A DNA stretch of 64,000 bases from Nocardia sp. NPDC006982 (GCF_042869435.1 NZ_JBIAFV010000007.1:441202-505201); one strand, 5' to 3'; shown: positions 39,950-50,202, counted from the stretch's first letter. Numbers and translations: made by a program. The notes: generated by a model from the sequence alone, not told the origin.

Positions 39950-41028
39950 CTATCTCGATATCATCCTGTACTCGGCCGGCGGTGTGAACAGATCCCCGGA
40001 TTCCGTGAGCGGGTGCGGCTCGCCGGTGAGCAGGACGAGCGCGCGGGCGACTTCCTCGATGCTGGCGGCGGTGTAGATGTCGTTGGCGCTGCTGAATCGA
40101 TCGGAGTGCCCGCCATAGGCTTTCGCGACCGCTTTGCCGAAGTTGCGTTCGACGATACGCAGGGTGGTGTGGCGGAACCAGTGCGCGGTGATTCCTTGCA
40201 CCAGCACGGCCGGGACGTGTTCTCCGATCGCCGGAACATGCGGTCGTATCGATTTGCGTTGATCGGACTGGTGTTTCGGTTGCGGAGTAGCTGCTCGCCG
40301 GGCCGTGCGCCGCGCTCGGCGCCGTGGCGGAGCAGTTCGTGCATCAAGGTCGGTGACACCGGTTGCCACCGGCTGGTGCCCCGCTTTTCGCGCAGTCGGA
40401 TCAGGCATTGGGTGGGGTCGAGGTCTTCGGGGCGCAGCGAGAGCGCCCCCTTGACCCGGCAGGCGGTTTCGATGTGCAGGCGGATGATGAGGCTGTCGAG
40501 GTCGGGGGCGTTGCCGGTCGTGTCGGCGGCCTCGATGATCCAGCGCAGCAATTGATCCGGCAAGGCCCTGCGTGATGAGGGCACCGCCGCGGACTTGTTC
40601 AACCGGGTGGTGGGGTCGTCGTCGCGTCGGATGTAGCCGTCATCGACGGCGCGTCGATACAGGAACCGCAGCACGGTGATCGCGTGATCGACTACTCCGC
40701 GCCCGCCCCTGTCGTTGCTGCGGACCTGCCGGGTCGTCCGGAAATGCTCGATCATCGTTTTCAGTTCGGTGACCGTCGGCTCATCCAGCCGTCGTTCGGA
40801 CCAACCGTAAGCGAGGATCTTGTCCCAATAGGACCGGTATGTCCGAAGGGAACTGCTGCCCGGCGGCATCGAGGCCAGCACCACGGGGATGTACTCGCCG
40901 AAAGTCGGCACGCGTCGCGCAATGCTCGGTGCCCCCAGCAGATCCTCGGGAGTCAGGTTCAGCTGCGCCAACAGCACTCGCGCCGCTTCGAGGGTGCCTG
41001 TACGGGTATCGATGACATGGTCTGTCAT
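39950..41028 (-). pseudogene. Tyrosine recombinase (phage-integrase family) carrying a frameshift
   Basis: N-terminal/core part in the frame of ORF 39961..41382 (from MTDHVIDTR; LIRLHIETACRVKGALSLRPEDL). The catalytic C-terminus (HWFRHTTLRIVERNFGKAVAKAYGGH...IYTAA) is in a different frame (ORF 39950..40408). Confidence 0.65.
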
Positions 41029-41327
41029 GACAGGCGCACCCCCAGGACGGCGTCGATGCGGGGCAGAATGGCTTCGTCGACTGCCAGGAGCGGAAAGACC
41101 GCCAGGACCCCCGGTGTGTGCCCGGCGGTCAGCAGCACCCAGTCCCCGCGCTCGATGCGGGCGGCATAGCGGGTTTGCGCCGGGATGTGCAGGTACCCCT
41201 TGGCCAAGATGACCGAGGTGTCGCTGCGCGAAACCGGCGCTTCGGGTTCCAGGCGGGTGACCAGGATCAAACCACCTCGGACCTCCCACTTCAGCCGGTC
41301 GCCGCCAGCCCAACCCAGCGTCGGCAT
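41025..41327 (-). CDS. Small AbrB/SpoVT-like DNA-binding protein, 4-nt overlap with the integrase start
   Basis: RLKWEVRGGLILVTRL...ILAKGYLHIPAQTRYAARIERGDWVLL resembles a swapped-hairpin AbrB fold. Family call tentative. Confidence 0.4.
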   Translation of the reverse strand: MPTLGWAGGDRLKWEVRGGLILVTRLEPEAPVSRSDTSVILAKGYLHIPAQTRYAARIERGDWVLLTAGHTPGVLAVFPLLAVDEAILPRIDAVLGVRLS

Positions 41328-41472
41328 GACCCCCAGACCGTAGACAGCCGAGACGGAGTCGATGCGGCGAACCGTATAGCACGCCTCGGAGTTTCGGTGC
41401 GGACGCAGGCGCGGCAAGGGCAAACCCGGCTCTCCTGGTCGGGCTGAGCCCGACTCGCTGGGCGCCGGTCCG

Positions 41473-41814
41473 GTGCGAGACGACTCGCGGCTGCCGAGCT
41501 CAGGCATTGCTTCACTCACAGCGACCACCCCGCTGACACGTGAAATCGCAGGTCGGAGACCGGGGCGTGGAGATGGGTGTCAGGGTGGTGAACTAACCCG
41601 GAAATGGGGGCGAATTCGCGCCAAGAGTGGGACCGAATGGGTCAAGAACGTCACGGCCGCAGGCGGTTTCGAGCTCGAGGCCAAAGGGACCGTCGTGCTG
41701 CTCATTGATCCGGTGGTTGTGCACGATGCGTCGGCGTCGTGGGCGCCACTCGGCGTTCGGCAGGCGCTGAAGGTGCTGTCGGCGACGGATTACCTGCGGG
41801 CGCGTCCGGCGTAG
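41473..41814 (+). pseudogene. Probable 3' remnant of a DUF385 / deazaflavin-dependent nitroreductase-family gene
   Basis: WVKNVTAAGGFELEAKGTVVLLIDPVVVHD matches the C-terminal half of the family. The N-terminal TTGRKSG core is absent. Confidence 0.3.
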
Positions 41815-42047
41815 CCGTCTGCTAACCATGCGGTTCGCCCGCGCACAGCTATCCGAACACGCAAAAGGCAGTGCCTGCGACATATTCGCTAGCAGGCGTC
41901 GGGATCTCTTGTGCAACAACGCCTCCGGATGCCCCTCGGGCATGTCGGGGCAGATCAGGAGGCAGACCTACAGTGAAATGCACGACCAAAGGGCGAGTTC
42001 TGTTGGGCGGAACGCGAGGGACGATAGGCAAATCCTGAGCATTAAGA

Positions 42048-42494
42048 TCATGCGGCTTCGCGATGTGGACGTTCGAGTGTGTTCCGCGCGCGTTCCAGTA
42101 CCTGTCGCGGCTCGAAGTGGTCAGCCTGCCATGAGTCGGTGCCGATGCCCACCTTCCCGCGCCAGGCCCGCACGATCTTGGCGTGCACCGGCCATCGCAC
42201 GAATCGGCGCATGTCATCTTCCGATTCCCACACCGTGATGGATCCGCCGCGCCACGCGGTGGGCCTGCCCCACAGCCACAGGCCCACCGCGCCCTGCATG
42301 ACCGGCCAGGTGTTCCCCAGCTCGAGTCCGATCTCGTAGATGCTGCGGACTTCCTCCTCGGACCGGGCCAGGAAGTCGGTCACGCTGACGAACACACGCC
42401 CGGAAATGTCCTGGCGCGGACCGGGCTTCCACGGCATGAGCACGATGCCGTCCGCGAACGGCTGTTCGGGAATCTCAATAGTACGCATGTGCAT
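42048..42494 (-). CDS. Hypothetical protein
   Basis: 148-aa ORF with good GC3 and an AT-rich putative promoter upstream. No family recognised with confidence. Confidence 0.45.
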   Translation of the reverse strand: MHMRTIEIPEQPFADGIVLMPWKPGPRQDISGRVFVSVTDFLARSEEEVRSIYEIGLELGNTWPVMQGAVGLWLWGRPTAWRGGSITVWESEDDMRRFVRWPVHAKIVRAWRGKVGIGTDSWQADHFEPRQVLERARNTLERPHREAA

Positions 42495-42688
42495 ATAGTA
42501 AGCATGCGCGTATGAATATGGGAAGTCGGCGGTTCGAACTCGGCTGATCCGCGCGGAAGGGTCGAATCAAGGCGGCTGCCGATCCGTATGCGGGACGCCG
42601 GTTCGGGCGGCCCGGGGCTGATGATCGCACTGGCGGGTCCGATTCGGTGACCGGTTCCAACCGGGCCGGGTCTGAGCCGGAACCCGAG

Positions 42689-42717
42689 CGAAAGCCGTTG
42701 CAGCGCAACGGCTTTCG
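42689..42717. terminator. Perfect 13-bp stem / 3-nt loop hairpin (CGAAAGCCGTTGC-agc-GCAACGGCTTTCG) without a clear U-tract
   Basis: About 240 nt downstream of the acidic-protein gene, in a 460-bp non-coding stretch. Confidence 0.35.
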
Positions 42718-42952
42718 TGTCGAACTGTGTGTTCGGAGAGAGTTCGCTTGCTACGTGCACGCCCTGACGCCGCCGGGCATGGATCCGTGCCCATGAACCC
42801 GTGTTCATCGTCACCGCCGATGTCACTCGGGTGGCGGCCGCGCACCTGATCGTGGTGTGCGCGGAGATCGTGCTGTCCCTCGCCGAACCGGCCGCGAAGC
42901 GCCGTGGGCTTTACCGCGTGCGGGCGCTTCCCGGTGTTTTCGTGGTGGCAGG

Positions 42953-45619
42953 TCAGAGATCCATGAGATCGGCTGCGAGACTGGACAATTCGTTCTTGTA
43001 GGTTGCCGCGAGTCCGACCAGTGAGTGGGCTTGGGCCTCCTGTGCTTTGATCATGGTTTCGAGAACCGTTACCCTTCGTCGAAGTTTCGCGATGATCCTC
43101 GCCTGATCGCTGATGATCGCTGCATGATCACTGATTCTCGCCGCTGCACCCTCACCGGCGGATGCCGGTTTCTCGGTGGCCAGGACGACTGAACTCGAAT
43201 ACGTCACCAGGTCCTCTGCTCCGACCGCCACCAATCCCACTTTCTCTTCGGACTCGACGCCTGTCTCGTCGTCGGTCGCTATCGCATCTTCGGTTACGTC
43301 ACTCTCGGTGGGACTGCCCGCGTCCTCAGCTTCTTGCTCGATCTCACTAGCGGTGTCGCCTTCGGCTACCTCTTCACGTTCCGCAACCCCGACCTCTGCC
43401 TCGGGTTCGGTCTCGGCCACCGGTTCAGCCTCAGCCACCGGTTCGGCCTCCGGCTCTGGTGTCTCCGCAACCGCGGGCTTTTCCTCGGTCACCGGTTCGG
43501 TCTCGGCCGCGGGTTCGGCTTCTGGTTCTGGTGTCTCCGCAACCGCGGGCTTTTCCTCGGCTATCGCGTGTACTTCGGTGGCGAATTCCACTTCGGGGGG
43601 CTGTGCCACGCTCTCTTCTTCAGCTACGTCGATGTCACCCACCTCGGCCACCGTGTGGTCCTCGGTTGGTGCGTCGGTTTCGGCAGCGACCGCCTCGGCG
43701 GAGGCATCGGTCTCGACATCCTCCTCATCGTCAGCTGCTGCGTATTCTTCGTCCGCTTCCACACCCACTGCGGCAGATTCGGCTTCGGCTTCGGCCTCGG
43801 TCACGGGTTCAGCCTCAGCCGCTGGTTCGGCCTCCGGCTCTGCTGCCTCCGCAACCGCGACCTCTGCTTCGGGTTCGGTCTCGGCCACCGGTTCGGCCTC
43901 CGGCTCTGGTGCCTCCGCAACCGCGGGTTCTTCCTCGGCCACGGGTTCGGCCTCTGGCTCTGGCGTCTCCGCAACCGCGGGCTCTTCCTCGGCTATCGCG
44001 TGTATTTCGGTGGCGAATTCCACTTCGGGGGACTGGGCAACGCCTACTTCCTCAGCTACCTCGATGCCACCACCCACCTCGGCCACCGTCGCGTCCTCGG
44101 CTGGTGCGTCGGTTTCGGCAGCGACCGCCTCGGCGGAGGCACCGGTCTCGACATCCTCCTCATCGCCAGCTGGTGCGTATTCCTCGTCCGCTTCCACGCC
44201 CACTGCGGCAGATTCCGCTTCGGCCTCGGCCGCCGCTGGTGGCTCACCCTCGGTTACTACCTGCCCCTGTTCAACCACTTCGAAGATCCCGGCCGCCTCA
44301 GCATCGGGTGACTCCGCCGCGGCTGCCTCGCCCGCCAGCTCTGTTGCGTCGGACGCTTCCGCCTCTGGGGCGGGGGCCGCATGTTCTTCGTCGGCTGCAT
44401 CGCCCGCAACTGCTTCAGCCTCGGGCGCCTCCTCGCCGTGTGCGGGTGCCTCGCTTTCAGCGACGACCTCCGCCGCAGCGACCTGCTCTTCTTCGGCCTC
44501 CGCCTCCTCCGCAACGGTCGGTTCAGTCTCGGCGACTACCGCATCGCTGTCTTCTGCGGCGACGTCCACCTCGGCCGGTGTTTCGGTCGTGACGTCCGCA
44601 CCGCCTTCAGCTATCTCGCCGGAGGTGCCGACCACCTCCTCGTCGGCCACCTTCACATCACCTTCGTCGGTGTCGGCGTCCTCCGTGGTCTCGACTTCGG
44701 CTTCGGCCTCAACTGCCGGTTCGACTTCCGGCACTTCACCTTCGGCCTCAGTCGCAGCCACGGTAGCGGTCTCCGCCACCGACTCCGCACCTTCACCATC
44801 AGGTTGAGCCTCGCCAGCTGTACTCTCGGCAGCGACATCGTCTTCGGCGTCCACGCCAGCCGTTTCCTCAGCCGCATCCGCGACCTCGACTCCGTCGGCC
44901 TCGACTAACCCCGCGGCTTGCGGCACTTCATTTTCGTCTGCTGTTTCGGCTTCGGTCTCGGCGGCTGCCTCACCCTCGGCTTCGGCGATCGGCGCCGCAG
45001 TTTCGGCCTCAGTATCAGGTTGAGCCTCGGCGGTGGCTTCGTCTTCGGCGGCGGTCGCTTCCGTTTCCTCGACCGAGTCGGCAACTTCGGCTTCGGCCTC
45101 GACTGTCGAGTCGGGTTGCGGCACTTCATCTTCGGCTGTCGCCGAGTCTTCGGTCGGTGTCTCATCCTCGAGTGCCACAGTTTTGGTGACCGCTTCACCC
45201 TCAGCAATCGGATCGCTCTCGGCGGCGGAGGATTCACTGGCGTCGGGTGCGTCAGCTACGGGTTCCGCCTCAGCGTCGGCGACACCCTCGGCCACCACCA
45301 GTTCAGTCTCAGCAAATGCGGATTCAGCTCGCGTCGCTTCGGTACCCTCGGTCACAGCTGTGGGCTCCCACTCGGCCGCCACATCGTGCTCAGCCACCGA
45401 TACCGTAATCTCCTGGGCTGCTTCAGCTTCAGCAGCCGCCGCTTCACTCTCAGCCGCCGGTTCGCCCTCGGCGAGCGCGGTTTCGCCCGCTGCGTCCGGC
45501 ACTTCGACCTCGGCCGCAATGGCCGTCTCCGGCTCGGTCACCGCCACCTCGCCGTCGGTAGCTGTCGTCTCCTCCTCGGCGTCGTCGGTGGTCCGCGCCC
45601 GGTCGTCGGTCGTTGTCAT
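42953..45619 (-). CDS. 888-aa hyper-acidic (E/A/T/P-rich) low-complexity protein with a ~140-aa internal duplication and a C-terminal coiled-coil-like tail
   Basis: Long open frame with consistent GC3. Two ~430-bp near-identical DNA units (43390..43820 and 43820..44250). C-terminus AIISDQARIIAKLRRRVTVLETMIKAQEAQAHSL. Confidence 0.7.
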   Translation of the reverse strand: MTTTDDRARTTDDAEEETTATDGEVAVTEPETAIAAEVEVPDAAGETALAEGEPAAESEAAAAEAEAAQEITVSVAEHDVAAEWEPTAVTEGTEATRAESAFAETELVVAEGVADAEAEPVADAPDASESSAAESDPIAEGEAVTKTVALEDETPTEDSATAEDEVPQPDSTVEAEAEVADSVEETEATAAEDEATAEAQPDTEAETAAPIAEAEGEAAAETEAETADENEVPQAAGLVEADGVEVADAAEETAGVDAEDDVAAESTAGEAQPDGEGAESVAETATVAATEAEGEVPEVEPAVEAEAEVETTEDADTDEGDVKVADEEVVGTSGEIAEGGADVTTETPAEVDVAAEDSDAVVAETEPTVAEEAEAEEEQVAAAEVVAESEAPAHGEEAPEAEAVAGDAADEEHAAPAPEAEASDATELAGEAAAAESPDAEAAGIFEVVEQGQVVTEGEPPAAAEAEAESAAVGVEADEEYAPAGDEEDVETGASAEAVAAETDAPAEDATVAEVGGGIEVAEEVGVAQSPEVEFATEIHAIAEEEPAVAETPEPEAEPVAEEEPAVAEAPEPEAEPVAETEPEAEVAVAEAAEPEAEPAAEAEPVTEAEAEAESAAVGVEADEEYAAADDEEDVETDASAEAVAAETDAPTEDHTVAEVGDIDVAEEESVAQPPEVEFATEVHAIAEEKPAVAETPEPEAEPAAETEPVTEEKPAVAETPEPEAEPVAEAEPVAETEPEAEVGVAEREEVAEGDTASEIEQEAEDAGSPTESDVTEDAIATDDETGVESEEKVGLVAVGAEDLVTYSSSVVLATEKPASAGEGAAARISDHAAIISDQARIIAKLRRRVTVLETMIKAQEAQAHSLVGLAATYKNELSSLAADLMDL
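43380..44260. repeat. Tandem ~430-bp intragenic duplication (2 copies, about 95% identical)
   Basis: Units share long identical runs such as ggctatcgcgtgta(c/t)ttcggtggcgaattccacttcgggg at 43561 and 43991. Confidence 0.8.
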
Positions 45620-46138
45620 AATTGTCTGCCCTTTCGAACACTGCGATACTTCCCCGGCTTGAGCCCCGGGGGCCTACAGCGTCGCACGGGATCGAGGTTG
45701 CTGCCGCCGAATCCGACGGTGCTGGTACGCAATTCAGCAGAAGTACACAGTCGACACCAATCTGTGACCCGAAATGCCGGTGACGTCGTGCTCGCTTGTT
45801 CCGAGCGGCCGCACCTCGTCACGCGACTACACGCGCACGACTCATGTAAACCTATGATGCTGAAATGTTGCTGCGCCAGTGCAAAACCCGGTCGGCGCGA
45901 ACTAGCCGCACCCGATAATGGTCAACCCTGCACGCCGCAAGGTCGCGCTCGTGACCGAATGGTCCGAGCGGCGGCGCTGCTGCTCGCCGACCGCGCCGAC
46001 GATACGAATTGTCGATGTCGACCGCTCTCTCCATGAATGCGGTCCACAGACCGACACGAAACCCTGACTTCGCATTTCGCGGAACCTACGCTCCGCCATT
46101 AGTGGTTCCGAATTAGTGGTTCGGACTCCGGAAATGCA

Positions 46139-47025
46139 TTGGGGGAACTCATGTTCACAGGACGCACACTGTGGCCGTCTGATCAGCCGATCGCCGCGCC
46201 CGCGTTGACGGTATACAACAACAAGTTGGTGTTGGTGTGGGCGACGCAGAGCGGCACCATGTATGCAGCGTCGGGGATGGAAGCCGACGGGGTTGTCAAT
46301 GCGAAACCATTGCCGTCGGACTTCAGCCTGCAACGCCCAGCGTTGGCTTCGCATGCCGAGACCGGGCTGCTCTACCTCGGCTATACGCGCACCGACGGCC
46401 GGATGTGGCTCGCGTGGTCGAACAATGGCGTCGACTACCAGGATCGACGGGAGTGGCTGGAGCCACCGATCGGTGGGCCCGCGATGCAGTCCGACAACGT
46501 CTCGCTGTGGTTGAGCTATACCGCACAGCGCAACCGGTACTCAGTGCGGTCAAATCGCAGAATCCACCGTTCAGTTATTACGGGATGACCCCGGAACCCG
46601 CCGAGCAAAGCGTGGATACTCCGGAACTGGTGATCCATCCCGCCAAGGGGGTGCTCCTGGCATGGACGGGTATGGACAGCGCGAACAATCTGAACGCGCG
46701 CTACATCGGCGTCAACGTCCCGCCCGGTAGGGCCACCTTCAGCGATCGGCTCATCGGCGGCCCGAACCTGTTCACCCTCGGCGGCCGCTACGTGGCGGGC
46801 TACACCGGCAAGAACACCAATATCTACATGCTCTTCGATATCGACAACCTGAACGAGGGGCAAGCGCAGCGGTGGAAATTCGCCGATACCAGCCCGTGGC
46901 CACCCACGGTCGCGACCATCAACGGGGTCACCTACGTCGCTTGGTTCGGCACCGACGGCCAGAACAAGCTCAACTTCGTCGACCTGGGCTCCATGCCGAC
47001 TATCTACCGAGGCGGCAGCGGATAG
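46139..47025 (+). CDS. Six-repeat beta-propeller (lectin/tachylectin-like) protein with a frameshift near 46540
   Basis: Six ~45-aa repeats with the pattern P(A)x(T)hxxxxL(V/Y)L(V/A)(W/Y)TGxD. The first three are in the frame of ORF 46139, the last three in the frame of ORF 46237. Confidence 0.45.
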
Positions 47026-47045
47026 CCGCCCGTCCGTTCGGCGCC

Positions 47046-47489
47046 TCAGCCGTTGCCGTAGATGCGATCCGGGACGACGAGAACGACTGCGCGGCGCTCG
47101 GCAGCCATGACCCGGTCATATTCGTCCCAGTCGTCGTGGGTGCCACCTGCCGCAGTGAAAACCTCCCGCAGCAACTGCCGCAGCCGCTCGGCGTCGATGT
47201 CCGGCATCGGGTCGTCGGGACCCGCGATCCACACCGATCCCTCAACGGCCGCCCACGCCCACCCGACACGGACGACAACCGTCATCCGCGCCTGAACACG
47301 GAGGTTGTCCAATTTGCGCGTACCACCGCGGATCACCATGCCCACCACAGGCTCACCGGTCTGCGGGTGCGCCAATACTCCTGCGTTGACGAGCGAGGAC
47401 TGAACAGTGCCATCGGCCCGCGAGGTCGAGACGACGCAAAGGCCATGATCGCCGGCGATCAGTCGAGCAAAGTCCGCGATATCGGTCAC
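47046..47489 (-). CDS. PPOX-class F420-dependent oxidoreductase (pyridoxamine-5'-phosphate-oxidase-like)
   Basis: CVVSTSRADGTVQSSLVNAGV...RKLDNLRVQARMTVVV matches the TIGR03618-type pattern. Confidence 0.75.
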   Translation of the reverse strand: MTDIADFARLIAGDHGLCVVSTSRADGTVQSSLVNAGVLAHPQTGEPVVGMVIRGGTRKLDNLRVQARMTVVVRVGWAWAAVEGSVWIAGPDDPMPDIDAERLRQLLREVFTAAGGTHDDWDEYDRVMAAERRAVVLVVPDRIYGNG

Positions 47490-47689
47490 GGCCGAAGTCT
47501 ACGGAGCGCGGGCGGAAATGCAGGCGTGCCGAAGCAAATCCGTGCAACCTCGAACACACGGCCTGGCACAGCCGATCCGGTGGGACGACTTCGCCGCGTC
47601 GCGCGGTGATCATCGCCGGACGTGGCGAAGTCGGAATTACGCGAGGACACTGAAGGCGTAGCGCCGAAGTCGACTCCAGGAGCAATGTG

Positions 47690-48088
47690 ATGGCACCCGA
47701 CAGGCCTTTTGGGTTCGATCCGGAAGAATTCGAGCGCGCGTTGCGGGAGGCGGGGATCGAATTCCGTGACCTGCTCGGAAAGGCCGGCGAATACATCGAT
47801 CGCACCAGCGGGAGTACCCTGGCGTCGCTGCTGGGCCAGTTTGTTCAGCCGGAGCGCACGCGGCCACCGAAGCCGGAGGGCGAGACCACCGGCGAGACCG
47901 GCAGTGGAGTGTGGGTCATCTACAGCGTCGATGACGCCGGCGAGGCCAGGGTCGAGCAGGTTTTTCCGAGCGAGCTCGAGGCTTTGCGTGCGCATCGCGA
48001 CAATACCGACGAACGCCGTCGCGTGCGGTTCCTGCCCTACGGCGTCCCCGCAACCGCGCTGGGCACCCAGGTGCGGAACTCAGATTGA
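47690..48088 (+). CDS. Hypothetical protein
   Basis: AGGAG SD 8 nt upstream of the ATG. Acidic N-terminus FGFDPEEFERALREAG. Confidence 0.5.
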   Translation: MAPDRPFGFDPEEFERALREAGIEFRDLLGKAGEYIDRTSGSTLASLLGQFVQPERTRPPKPEGETTGETGSGVWVIYSVDDAGEARVEQVFPSELEALRAHRDNTDERRRVRFLPYGVPATALGTQVRNSD

Positions 48089-48669
48089 CGGCAGCGCAAT
48101 AGGCGAGCAGGCCCACGTACTTCGCCAGCGGATGTAGCTGTAGTCGGGACCATAAGTCGGCGGGCGCGCACGGACGTTGCCCCAGTGGGGAACTCAGGCC
48201 TCAGCGCATGGCTTGATGAGGACCTCGAGAGCGGCTTACCGGAGGAGGCCGCTCATGTTCATGGAACTCTGCGGACCGGTCTGCCAGGACTCGATCGCGG
48301 GCCAAACCTGGTCAACCTTGTGGGCGGGGGCGCGCGGACGCCGCTGGGAGGGTCGCGCGTCCCGCCACGACGTGTTGCGTTTCGAACTCTCCCGGAAATT
48401 TCCGGGCCGTCCGGCGAGTTCTCCGAACGGCACGAAACCCGGTGTTCATGGAAGCCCCGCACGCACCGCGCGGAGGGCTATCTCGTTGGCAGGCAAAAGG
48501 AATCATCACAGTTCACCCAGCCGTGGCTAGTCGACACGACGAATGGACGGTTTGATTCCGGCAAATGCACTGCAATAGCGCGTACACGCCGATGTGTAGC
48601 GTAGCGGCACAAAAGAAGTCCCGGCCCCGAGAGCCGACTCGGACGAAGCGGTGGTCTACCGAGACCGAA

Positions 48670-48972
48670 TCAGGAGGCGGGCTTGGGCTGGGTCAGGTCC
48701 CTGACGCCGGTGATCGAATTGATGATGTTGAGGATGGCAGTGGTGCCGTGGTCGATGGCGGAGCTGCCGGAGTCGAACAAGGCGGAACCGGAGGACGAGC
48801 CGGCCGAACCCGAGGATGAGCCGCCGTCGGCCGAACCCGAGGAGCCGGTGCCGGCGGAGCCGGTGGCGGCCGAGGGGGCGGAGGGAGCGGCGGAGGCCAT
48901 CGCGACCGGGCCGAAGAACAGGGCGGCGGCGGAGACGGTGGTGGCGGCGACCAGGACCTTGCGAGAGAACAT
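48670..48972 (-). CDS. Small secreted Gly/Ser-rich protein
   Basis: Signal peptide MFSRKVLVAATTVSAAALFFGPVAMASA, G/S low-complexity linker, conserved-looking C-terminus. AAAGGAAG SD. Confidence 0.6.
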   Translation of the reverse strand: MFSRKVLVAATTVSAAALFFGPVAMASAAPSAPSAATGSAGTGSSGSADGGSSSGSAGSSSGSALFDSGSSAIDHGTTAILNIINSITGVRDLTQPKPAS

Positions 48973-49457
48973 CTACGGAGCTTCCTTTCACAGATGGATA
49001 ACGACGCCATCACGGCGCGCACCACAAATGTTATGAAGAAGAAATCCGCAAATCCACTACTCTCATTGTGTGAATAATCACCGTTAATAATCGGCTAACG
49101 GTAAATAATACCGATGTAACACATTTGATCTTCATTTCGGATGCGAATTCCATGATCAAATTCGGTTGATTTCTTCGAAAGCGCCGCGTAATAGCGTGGG
49201 GCGGACCCGATCTCGCAGCGGACCTTCGATCCCGGCACTACGCGACCTAGAACCGGCGACGCGCTCGGCGGGCCGCCACCATGAGGGCGATCCGGCGTTA
49301 CCGGGCGAGGTGTCGCGCCGCGCGCCGACACGAAACACGCGGAAACCGATGTCGTCTCTCCCCTGCTGTGCTATAGGACTGCGGGCGTCGCTGCACTGCT
49401 CTGGTGTGTCGGCACGGTGGTCAGCGCTGGTTCTGCCCCGAGCTGCCGGACAGGGTG

Positions 49458-50202
49458 AGACCCGCACGATGTACTCGTGATCCAGCTGCGCCAGCGTCTC
49501 CGGCTCGGTGCCGCGGTTGTACGAGATCTTCACCGCGACCAGCCGTTGCATCGACCGTTGCCGCGCCAGGAATACCCTTGCGAAGGCGCCGCTGCCCAAT
49601 TCGACGAGCAGGTCGAAATCGTCCACGCTCGCACCGGCGCTGATCCCGTTGAGCGCTTCCAGAGACCGCGGCGGGGCGATCAGCGTGCTGCGGTAGTTGA
49701 TATCGGACCCGGTCGGCGCGGTGGTACCCACTTCGGTGGGCTGCGTACCGCGATCCGGGTCGCGTCCGGATCGGCGCCGCACATGGAATTCCTCGTAGGC
49801 GAGATCGGGTGGCGTCGGCCCGGTGCACAGTTCGGCGTATTCGGCGCAGTACTGGGCGAGCCGCTTCGGATGGTCGTAGCGCAGCCATCGGTACTCCAGA
49901 TCGACCTTGATCAGCTCGATCAGACACATCCGCCGCAATCCGGGCGCATCCGGCAGATACTCCGCGAGGTCCGGTGGCGCACCGGTCTGATCCCAGGTGT
50001 CGGCGAACCGCCTGACAACCGATGCCAGCAAGGTGCGAGTTCGGTGGACAGCATCCGACTCATTCGTCGTCGGTGAGGGTGGGCACTTCGGCGTGGTGGA
50101 TCCGCCGAGACGAGCGTCTGATCGCGTAGACCGGCGCGATCCGGATTCTCCACCGCTTGGCACTACACCGGATATGCCTTCTTCGGCCGCTGGACCAAGC
50201 AT
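49458..50202 (-). pseudogene. N-terminal fragment of a Ser/Thr protein kinase (kinase subdomains I-IV only)
   Basis: LGSGAFARVFLARQ...VAVKI (Gly-loop and Lys of subdomain II) and LAQLDHEYIVRV. The frame is then lost, and the rest of the ORF plus the AT-rich region downstream are non-coding. Confidence 0.5.

Noticed and set aside
42515-42545. GGTTCGAAC motif reminiscent of a tRNA T-arm
   Set aside because: No acceptor stem, D-arm or anticodon arm could be folded around it. No tRNA could be identified anywhere in the window, including next to the integrase.
43176-44807. Large plus-strand ORFs (543 aa, 377 aa, 325 aa) overlapping the acidic-protein gene
   Set aside because: They are low-complexity S/A/T/P/R-rich antisense or alternative-frame readings of a GC-rich repetitive region. 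The minus-strand frame has the consistent codon bias and a plausible start and stop.
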